Assembly (NCBI GenBank): GCA_965219535.1 | Contig: CBDCNV010000001.1 | Coordinates: forward strand, 1 to 32,000 | Direction: 5' to 3' | Source: Opitutales bacterium | GTDB taxonomy: Bacteria > Verrucomicrobiota > Verrucomicrobiia > Opitutales > PNEW01 | Length of the DNA: 32,000 bases | Shown here: piece after piece, positions 25,306-32,000 of the stretch | Numbering within the stretch: the first letter of the stretch is position 1 | Layout: each line of letters opens with the position of its first letter | Translations under genes and position numbers: made by a program | Notes under the pieces: model-generated | Database searches by the model: none | What the model was told of the DNA's origin: nothing | Seen by the model: only the letters and a program-made list of their open reading frames with translations

Positions 25306-25792
25306 CAGTGAGCAAATACCTGCTTCGGTTTTCTCGTCCCGGTTCAGGTTCTAATCTTGCCATACTATATTCGCTCGCTACCGATTTCCAGAAGTTAACT
25401 GCTGGAATATTGTTGTCGTCGAATCCAATCTCCCAAATACCGGGAAACAGGCTTAAAGCTTTATTCGCCGCATCGCGACCAATTTTTTTCCTCCGATGCC
25501 CACGTAGTATAAAAAACTCGGCGATTTGATATTCCCAGTCTTCAGTCCCGTCTCTTTCTCGTATGAATACAAACCCAGAAATTTTACCCTCAACAAGAAT
25601 CAGAAATGGATGCCGGGTAGGTTCCTCCCAATAGGCATTGAACCAACGGTATGCATATTCACCTTCGGAACTCATTTCATTCAGATCATAATCCGAATAG
25701 TCATGGCTGTGGAGCTGCAACAATCGCCACAACACTTTCTTCTGCTTTAGAGCCGCTTCTTGCAATACTACAGGCACGTGAAAATCCCTCAA
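25283..25792 (-). CDS. GNAT-family acetyltransferase-like protein
   Basis: Acetyl-CoA motif A-like ILRGHRRKKIGRDAANKAL. It overlaps the downstream gene by 23 nt. Confidence 0.6.
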   Translation of the reverse strand: MRDFHVPVVLQEAALKQKKVLWRLLQLHSHDYSDYDLNEMSSEGEYAYRWFNAYWEEPTRHPFLILVEGKISGFVFIRERDGTEDWEYQIAEFFILRGHRRKKIGRDAANKALSLFPGIWEIGFDDNNIPAVNFWKSVASEYSMARLEPEPGRENRSRYLLTVDKKPVG

Positions 25793-25797
25793 ATAGA

Positions 25798-26322
25798 TTA
25801 AATACCTGCTTTTTCGTAATCGCTTCGTAGCATTGAGTAAATGAGTTTATTCTCAAGTTTTCCATTCACACGATCAGATTCTCTCAATTCACCATCCCTG
25901 CGATACCCGCATTTTTCCGCAATGCGCCAGGATGCAGGATTGCCGGTATGCGTTTCGATCTGCAAACGATTCAAGTCTTTCCTCTCTTCAAATAGTTGCG
26001 CGGTCAGAAGCGACACCGCTTCGGTCATGAATCCTTTGCCCCTGTCCCCCTCTGCATGTGTAATATAGCCCAACTCGAAGCCGTCGATACGCCATCCGGG
26101 CTTATAAAAGATAATCGTTCCAACCAACCTCGATTCTTTGTTTTCGATGACGGCGATGGTACCTGAGTGATCAGTCCAAAAACCCGTTTCCGTATAAACT
26201 TCCTTAATCCGCTCGATGTCGGTAAGCGGTTCAGTAGCTGAAAGCGTATAATGATGTGCAGATACCTGTTCAAAATCAGCAGGTACTATACGTCTTATAG
26301 ATACTTTATCTCCCTTTCTCAT
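25798..26322 (-). CDS. GNAT N-acetyltransferase (RimJ/RimL-like)
   Basis: GDRGKGFMTEAVSLL motif A and NPASWRIAEKCGYRRDGELRES, typical of the RimJ/L subfamily. Confidence 0.8.
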   Translation of the reverse strand: MRKGDKVSIRRIVPADFEQVSAHHYTLSATEPLTDIERIKEVYTETGFWTDHSGTIAVIENKESRLVGTIIFYKPGWRIDGFELGYITHAEGDRGKGFMTEAVSLLTAQLFEERKDLNRLQIETHTGNPASWRIAEKCGYRRDGELRESDRVNGKLENKLIYSMLRSDYEKAGI

Positions 26323-26390
26323 TTTTCAATTGTAATAATCTGCGCTACGCAGGTGCGAGGTTATTAGTCTATAAACCTAATTGAAGCTAT

Positions 26391-26437
26391 ATATAAAAGG
26401 GTCAGGCCTCGCATGCTAGCAAGCGAGGCCTGATCCC
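26391..26437 (-). terminator. Rho-independent terminator downstream of the 26483-27082 gene
   Basis: 14-bp GC-rich stem (GGGTCAGGCCTCGC / GCGAGGCCTGA(T)CCC, one bulge) with a 10-nt loop. On the minus strand it is followed by TTTTATATATA. Confidence 0.65.
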
Positions 26438-26482
26438 TTCCAACTTTCCGGTATTACAGTCTTCTTTTAACGGTTAGTCTGT

Positions 26483-27082
26483 CTAACTATCCTCAAGAAC
26501 GTGTTTACGCGAGTTTTCTTGTAGATACCTTGAAGCATCCATCCCTTTTCGATGTATTTTTATTTTTGGTGGGATATTTTCAGCAATTGTTCGGTGATAA
26601 TTCACCCAACTTTCACCCATAAGCGTGTCATCGATAAAGACACCGTTGTAATAAGTTAAGAGAAAGGGAATGAGTATCGAGTAATCGACTGCATCTAATG
26701 AATAATGACAAAACCTGGCATCGTTCCATTCGAAGCCATATTTCAGATTTAAAGCAGTATGCGTGAGCGCGTCAAAAACATGGTAGACACTGGTAACCGG
26801 GTTAGGCGTTGAGGTTAATTGTTCTACCTTAACTAATACAATGTCATATTCAGACCCCAACCAGTAGGATAATGCCAAATCTCTCAGATTGTCTATATAG
26901 TGTTCAGACCAGTTTTCGCTTCTATTTTGATAGGGAATTTCGTGTGAATTGATGTTATCACCTTTATTGGGGCCCTTCACTACGCCTTTACCGGCGACAG
27001 CGATGCGTGAGGTATATTCCGTTCGATATCCGAAGGGCCAAATTATCGTTGTTTCCTTTTGTTCACTCATCGGTCTTATCAT
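26483..27082 (-). CDS. hypothetical protein
   Basis: 199-aa ORF in register with the co-directional array. No motif recognised. Confidence 0.5.
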   Translation of the reverse strand: MIRPMSEQKETTIIWPFGYRTEYTSRIAVAGKGVVKGPNKGDNINSHEIPYQNRSENWSEHYIDNLRDLALSYWLGSEYDIVLVKVEQLTSTPNPVTSVYHVFDALTHTALNLKYGFEWNDARFCHYSLDAVDYSILIPFLLTYYNGVFIDDTLMGESWVNYHRTIAENIPPKIKIHRKGMDASRYLQENSRKHVLEDS

Positions 27083-27304
27083 TCTAGCAATTCATCGAAG
27101 TATTTGCATTACCTGGTTGAATACAGTATGGATCATAAATCATTACATATACTTATAGTATGATTACGCCTTATTAGCAAGTGTTTGAAGCCCTTAACTG
27201 GAACTTTAACAATTTATTTATAAATAAGTTGCGAAATTCTTTAACTGTAAGTTACACCACAATCACATGCGCCTGCTGGATTCTCTTTATTACAAGAGAG
27301 GGCC

Positions 27305-27772
27305 TTATATGGATTCAGACTGCCTGATAGAGAACCAGTATATCCAGAACAGGATGATTAACTGAAGAGGTGCGCGTATTAAAAGATAGATGGGGCCCCA
27401 TGCGTGGCCACCCAGCGGTATATGATTGATCGCGGCGTAGACATTGACCGGAAAAAATAAGATGAGCATGAAAGCGGCTATCCATCCTATCACGCGTCTC
27501 GTTTTTTTCACCAGGAAGCCCGCTGCAATGGCGAACTCCAGTAATCCCGTGAGGTAAACTTGAATCTCTCGCAGGGGAAGCCACGGGGGCAGCATCGCAG
27601 CCATGGACGTTGTCCAAATAAAATGACCAATCCCTGTGAAAACGAACAGGATTGTCAGTCCGATACACGCGGCTCGCTGTAGATCAAATTCACGATGCAA
27701 CACAACCGACAACACACGTGCGACCGCATAAGGACCACTCATTAGAACCAGCATCAGAATCGGTGTTGTCAT
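27305..27772 (-). CDS. small integral membrane protein (DoxX-like, 4 TM)
   Basis: Four hydrophobic helices over 155 aa. The general pattern resembles DoxX-like family proteins. Weak assignment. Confidence 0.45.
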   Translation of the reverse strand: MTTPILMLVLMSGPYAVARVLSVVLHREFDLQRAACIGLTILFVFTGIGHFIWTTSMAAMLPPWLPLREIQVYLTGLLEFAIAAGFLVKKTRRVIGWIAAFMLILFFPVNVYAAINHIPLGGHAWGPIYLLIRAPLQLIILFWIYWFSIRQSESI

Positions 27773-27805
27773 GAAGATCGAAATAGGTTCCGTTGCCTCA
27801 TAACT

Positions 27806-28342
27806 TCATTCGCCTGGATCTATTCTATAGCGGTACCTTAGCTCCCGAGCGCCGTCCATCCAATCCATTTCAATTTCCACGCCCTCATCCAACGAAAATC
27901 CAATCTTCTCATAAAAATTTCTCGCCCGCTCATTGGCATCCAAAACCCACAATGTAATTTCGTGAAAATCTTCTGCAAGTAAATGTCGCCTTGCTTCATG
28001 CCACAGTCTGGTCCCATAGCCGATGCCGTAAAATCGCGGATCAAGATAAATACCATACAGTTCGCCGATATTTTTTTCATTGGCATCTTCATCTCTTGAA
28101 GGGCCAACAGAGACCCAGCCTCGAACATCGCCGGCGACTTCCAACACATAATTCGACCGGGCTCCCTTCGAGAGGAAATTCTTTCTCCACGTTTCTTCAC
28201 GTTGTTCAATACTTAAATTATCGAGCATCTTCTGTGGAAGAATACCCTTATAGGCAACTTGCCAGGATTTCACATGGATTTCAGCAACTCTGCGTATATC
28301 CTTCTCCTCGATATTGCGGATTTTACACATCATGCATTCCAA
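27806..28342 (-). CDS. GNAT N-acetyltransferase
   Basis: YGIGYGTRLWHEARRHL motif A and NERARNFYEKIGFSLDG motif B. Confidence 0.8.
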   Translation of the reverse strand: MECMMCKIRNIEEKDIRRVAEIHVKSWQVAYKGILPQKMLDNLSIEQREETWRKNFLSKGARSNYVLEVAGDVRGWVSVGPSRDEDANEKNIGELYGIYLDPRFYGIGYGTRLWHEARRHLLAEDFHEITLWVLDANERARNFYEKIGFSLDEGVEIEMDWMDGARELRYRYRIDPGE

Positions 28343-28355
28343 TTAAGAAACTGTA

Positions 28356-28865
28356 TTACATCTTATCTTCCAGCTTCTTCTCTAATATCAGTTCACACCC
28401 GGTTACGGCTGGATGGTCTGAGTTAGGTTCGCTTACCTGAGTGAAACCCAATTTAGTGTAGAAGGCCAAGGCACGGGAATTTGCTGGCATGACACCCGCA
28501 AGGATTGATGCCGCTCCGCGACCCGCTGCCCATTCAAATATTTTATTTAAAAGTGAAGCAGCCACCTGGCTCCCGCGATGAGAAGGGGCTACCCACATGG
28601 AGATAAGATACATAATCAGCGGGTCTTCTTTATCGGGCCAACCGATTGCCATGCCAATGGGTTCATTGTCATCTATCGCGAGCACACAAAATTCTTTTTC
28701 ACCCTCCGCACCATCACGGGAACGCGTTTTCCAATATTCATCCGGGTTCTCTACAGCCTGTTCCAATTTTGTGGCAAACGCGTCGGGTGAATCTTCGAGC
28801 GCAGCGAGTCGCACCTCCTTCAACAGGTGCCATTCATCAGCTTGGATTTGCCTTATCTCAACCAT
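28356..28865 (-). CDS. GNAT N-acetyltransferase
   Basis: HRGSQVAASLLNKIFEWA motif A and NSRALAFYTKLGFT motif B. Confidence 0.8.
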   Translation of the reverse strand: MVEIRQIQADEWHLLKEVRLAALEDSPDAFATKLEQAVENPDEYWKTRSRDGAEGEKEFCVLAIDDNEPIGMAIGWPDKEDPLIMYLISMWVAPSHRGSQVAASLLNKIFEWAAGRGAASILAGVMPANSRALAFYTKLGFTQVSEPNSDHPAVTGCELILEKKLEDKM

Positions 28866-28940
28866 TTCACTGAATCTAATGTGAAAGGGTAATCTTAAGG
28901 GAGCAAATAAAATTAGCTACTTAGAATTTCATAAGATTCT

Positions 28941-29702
28941 TTATATGCTATTCTTGGAAGTTAAAAATTTTATAATGTGTTGTCTTCCCGGGTGCGATAG
29001 CTCCTCCAGCATTTCAAATACCGCATCAATATTGTAGTACACTAAGCGATGACGAATTTCGTGACCTTCACTTGACGCATTGAGTAAAACATAACTGGCC
29101 CTTTTGTCTTCCGTCGGCGACATGCTGACACTACCCAGATTCACCACTTGCCACGCATCAATTTTTCGTGTCATGGGTCGGTGCGTATGGCCCACACATA
29201 TTAGGTCAGCCTCACAACCATGAAGCAATTTTCGCATCTCACCATCGGTATCATCAGGCGAAAAACCCGGACCATTATCTTCTCCAGGAGACGCATGGAC
29301 CCCCAGAAATTTCGTGCCGTCAGGTAGACTCTCAGTGATTTCGAGTGGTAAATCCTGTAACCATTTCAACCACCCCGTTACCGCTAACGCGCCCTGAGTC
29401 CAGGCAAAAGTCTCTTTTACTTCTACATATTGAGACATGAGGCTCGAATCAGATTCCACCTCGGCGCGTGTTGGTGGGGGGCGGTCCCCAGTTACAACAT
29501 AGCGATCTGTATTTCCCCGGATGAATCGGGCGTTTGGCAGAATTGACAGACGTTGCAGCACACCCACGGGATCGGGACCGATCGCGACAAGATCCCCCAA
29601 AATCCAATAGGCGTCAACATCACCCTGTGACTTGATGTCTTCAAGCACAGCATCCAGCGCAACGGAGTTTCCGTGTATGTCACTAAGAAGGGCGATCTTC
29701 AT
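28941..29702 (-). CDS. metallophosphoesterase (YfcE/MJ0936-like)
   Basis: LLSDIHGN, LGDLVAIGPDP, GNTD, GHTH motifs in canonical order. Confidence 0.8.
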   Translation of the reverse strand: MKIALLSDIHGNSVALDAVLEDIKSQGDVDAYWILGDLVAIGPDPVGVLQRLSILPNARFIRGNTDRYVVTGDRPPPTRAEVESDSSLMSQYVEVKETFAWTQGALAVTGWLKWLQDLPLEITESLPDGTKFLGVHASPGEDNGPGFSPDDTDGEMRKLLHGCEADLICVGHTHRPMTRKIDAWQVVNLGSVSMSPTEDKRASYVLLNASSEGHEIRHRLVYYNIDAVFEMLEELSHPGRQHIIKFLTSKNSI

Positions 29703-29787
29703 TTACATTCACCTCTACATTAGAGGGTTCGATAAGGTATTTGTCCATGGAATGTATCCTATGAAGCTTAATACCCTATCACCGGTA

Positions 29788-30258
29788 TTAAGGTTCTGGC
29801 CCATAGATTACAACGGATTGGATCAACCATTTTCCATCTACTTTTTTATAAATTATAGTCGCGCCTTTTTCGACAAAAACTGTACCACGATCTTCTGATT
29901 CATATCTTTTTCTGTAGTCAAGAATCACATACCCGGTTTTTTTGAACTGTTTTATTTCTTTGTAAGCCAAAATTTTTACCTCACGAATCTGGTACTCATA
30001 ATAGAGTTCTTTATAATATGCCAAGAGTTCCTCTTTTCCATTCGCCAGCGATTTATTATTGTTCCAGAAGGTTGCATTCTCATCATACCCCTTCATTGCT
30101 TCTTCAACATTCCCCGTTTTGAAGTAATCATAATGGATTTTTTCCCAGTAATTTTTCACTTCGTTTTCAAAAGATGACGAATCATTTCCCAGTGATGCAC
30201 TGAAAGGAATTCCAATAACGGCCAGCAAGTTAAAGCTTATATATACTATTGCTTTCAT
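29788..30258 (-). CDS. secreted NTF2-fold (SnoaL/DUF4440-like) protein
   Basis: Signal peptide plus a ~130-aa domain whose size and alternating pattern are typical of NTF2-like proteins. Weak assignment. Confidence 0.4.
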   Translation of the reverse strand: MKAIVYISFNLLAVIGIPFSASLGNDSSSFENEVKNYWEKIHYDYFKTGNVEEAMKGYDENATFWNNNKSLANGKEELLAYYKELYYEYQIREVKILAYKEIKQFKKTGYVILDYRKRYESEDRGTVFVEKGATIIYKKVDGKWLIQSVVIYGPEP

Positions 30259-30647
30259 AAATAGCTCTCGAAAAGATTTAGATATTGATCGGACACCAGA
30301 TTAACGCAAGAGAGCTCTCCGGAACTGAACCATCTGATCTCGGAATGCTCTTTAGATGCATTGTCTGGTTTACCTTTCCACGCAAGGATGGCGTAAACGT
30401 AGTGTCGTGCCTGCCCATACCGATTAGGATTGGGTTCATCGATTATACCCACTCGATCGTATTGAAATGTTTGTATACCTAATTCCTCCTCACATTCTCG
30501 CTTTAACGTTTGCTCAATGGATTCACCCTCTTTGCAATGTCCACCGAATATGTCCCAAACACAGGGGTGATACACGAGTTCGGAACTGCGCAGACCAAGA
30601 AGAATCTTCTTATTCACAATAAGGGCACCACCTGCTGTTGTTCTCAT
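30255..30647 (-). CDS. NUDIX hydrolase
   Basis: Nudix box GGHCKEGESIEQTLKRECEEELGI. It overlaps the downstream gene by 4 nt. Confidence 0.85.
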   Translation of the reverse strand: MRTTAGGALIVNKKILLGLRSSELVYHPCVWDIFGGHCKEGESIEQTLKRECEEELGIQTFQYDRVGIIDEPNPNRYGQARHYVYAILAWKGKPDNASKEHSEIRWFSSGELSCVNLVSDQYLNLFESYL

Positions 30648-30694
30648 TAGTTAGATTAGAATCAAAAAAGGTGGTCAGCTTTTATTGAACCCTT

Positions 30695-31276
30695 TCAAGC
30701 AATCCTGCTCATTATTTTTTCGCACTCTGATAACATTGAGTTATCCAGAGATTCTTTTGGGATCCGCTCCCAGATTTTTGTGAACTTTTCTCTCGCAGGA
30801 ACTCCGTCTCCGGGTAATTGGAAAAGCCTATGATAAACAATGTCTATTTTGTTTCTTTCCTGATCATTTCGAATTTCTTGTTTGATGTTACAAATCCATA
30901 ATTTCAAAAGGTGTTCCGCATAGTCCTGCGGTAATTCTTCCTTATTTATAGCTCTAAAATTCGGATCTCGATAACAGGAGATGTCCACGTACCAAAAAAC
31001 GGACACCCCCTTCAAATAAATGGATATCAAATGCTTTTCAGGTAAAAGTGATCTAGCCCAATCGTAGAAGATGACTTTCTTACAATTCCCGATCGCATCC
31101 AGGGCAATCATAACATTCTCTAAAGGGCTCCTACTCTTTCCCTCTACGACGATATTGATATCAGAGAGTTCATCCCATGAATCCAAAGTCAGACTGCCAT
31201 CGAGGGATACAGAATCAAAATGTCCGGATACCTGTAGGAGTTGAACAATTTCTTCTGCAATATGTTTTTGGTTCAT
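30695..31276 (-). CDS. hypothetical protein, possibly a degenerate nucleotidyltransferase fold
   Basis: LDGSLTLDSWDELSDINIVV resembles the G[GS]-x(9-13)-D-x-D NTase motif, but with DIN instead of DxD. Confidence 0.35.
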   Translation of the reverse strand: MNQKHIAEEIVQLLQVSGHFDSVSLDGSLTLDSWDELSDINIVVEGKSRSPLENVMIALDAIGNCKKVIFYDWARSLLPEKHLISIYLKGVSVFWYVDISCYRDPNFRAINKEELPQDYAEHLLKLWICNIKQEIRNDQERNKIDIVYHRLFQLPGDGVPAREKFTKIWERIPKESLDNSMLSECEKIMSRIA

Positions 31277-31285
31277 GCGCTGAGC

Positions 31286-32000
31286 TTATTTGGTCCAATC
31301 CTCGGTAATAAATTTAACCACACTGTCTTCATCATTTGTTCCAATGATATGGTCCGCATGGGATTTTAACTCGTCAGCGCTGTTTGCCACCGCAATTGCA
31401 CGGTCCGATAACTTAAACATTTTAATATCATTCATGTTGTCGCCGAAGGTAACGAGCTCCTGAACATCATGCTCCCCGTTTCTTAAGACAGTCTGTATCC
31501 CCTTATCCTTAGAGGCCTCCCGATCATGAACGGTCAACCAATACCATCCCGGGGAATAGGCATTTTCAAAACAATGAATCTCGACCATGGGATTAAAATT
31601 TTCTTCGATCGCACGAGTTAATTCTAACAACTCTTCTTTTTTACCAATCGTCGTAATACAAACCACATCATCGACGAAAGATTCAGTAATGTTGCCGATT
31701 TTTCTCAATCGCGGATCTTTGTGTGCGACACGATTATTGTAATACCAATCCATTCCCTCATTGGTAATCTCTGAAAAATAAAGGCAATCCTCTTCACCAT
31801 TATAGGTAGAAATAAAAGGAGAGTATCCCTCGTTATTTATAAGCCGGTAAATAGCATCAACCAAATCCCGGTTCATTTGATTGATAACTTCATGATGACC
31901 TGTTTTGAGATCTGAAATGAAGGCCCCATTAAATTCAATAATCGGTAAACTAATTTCTAACCCGTCTAGTATATGACGCATTGAGACTACGCTTCTGGCG
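31286..32000 (-). CDS. Cof-type HAD-IIB family hydrolase, 5'-partial
   Basis: FGDNMNDIKMF (HAD motif IV) and a cap-domain pattern. The frame stays open beyond the listed Met at 31981 to the window edge, and the N-terminal DxD motif is not in the window. Confidence 0.75.
   Translation of the reverse strand, partial: ARSVVSMRHILDGLEISLPIIEFNGAFISDLKTGHHEVINQMNRDLVDAIYRLINNEGYSPFISTYNGEEDCLYFSEITNEGMDWYYNNRVAHKDPRLRKIGNITESFVDDVVCITTIGKKEELLELTRAIEENFNPMVEIHCFENAYSPGWYWLTVHDREASKDKGIQTVLRNGEHDVQELVTFGDNMNDIKMFKLSDRAIAVANSADELKSHADHIIGTNDEDSVVKFITEDWTK

Noticed and set aside
21902-32000. Chromosomal integron cassette array: many small co-directional GNAT, NUDIX and methyltransferase genes.
   Set aside because: I read every intergenic spacer and found no attC-like imperfect palindromes with RYYYAAC/GTTRRRY ends. 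There is also no intI gene or attI. Several genes overlap or are separated by fewer than 15 nt, which leaves no room for attC sites.

Overview
The window has three parts.

(i) 1-3.8 kb: a + strand run of small enzyme genes. These are a 5'-partial TSUP permease, a NUDIX hydrolase, a 2H phosphoesterase and two SAM methyltransferases.

(ii) About 3.87-21.64 kb: a compositionally mosaic accessory island full of dead insertion-sequence debris. At least four transposase lineages are present and none is intact.
- IS-B (IS3 family): termini or fragments at 3868, 7127, 7975, 13842-14584, 16071 and 21446.
- IS-A (IS3 family): 4537-4959, 12779-13130 and 21528-21640.
- An IS3-type scrap at 8731-8850.
- An IS1380/IS4-like scrap at 19013-19195.
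- Two non-coding repeat families: R1 (~200 bp, 3 copies) and R2 (~566 bp, 2 copies).

Cargo lying between the debris:
- a TonB-dependent receptor with a palindromic operator candidate;
- a 197-aa protein with a canonical HEPN RNxxxH motif, nested in a gutted IS-B copy;
- a GC-rich two-gene module;
- a 570-aa Sel1-repeat protein bracketed by R2;
- a decayed ThiF(E1)-DUF6527 remnant;
- a 739-aa RloC/PrrC-like AAA_13 ATPase-nuclease that begins where an IS-B transposase should begin;
- a secreted metallophosphoesterase.

(iii) 21.6-32 kb: sixteen co-directional (- strand) small genes. They include 4 GNATs, an ANT-like nucleotidyltransferase, a transglutaminase-like protein, an SDR, a methyltransferase, a NUDIX hydrolase, a phosphoesterase and a HAD hydrolase.

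No rRNA, tRNA or CRISPR array was seen. The standard genetic code fits.

Two things deserve a second look. First, RNase-type defence candidates (the HEPN protein and the RloC-like protein) and a ubiquitin-like-conjugation remnant all sit against skeletons of one IS family. Second, the conserved non-coding repeats R1 and R2 are unexplained.

All family assignments are motif-level readings by eye. No database search was run, so they need profile searches.
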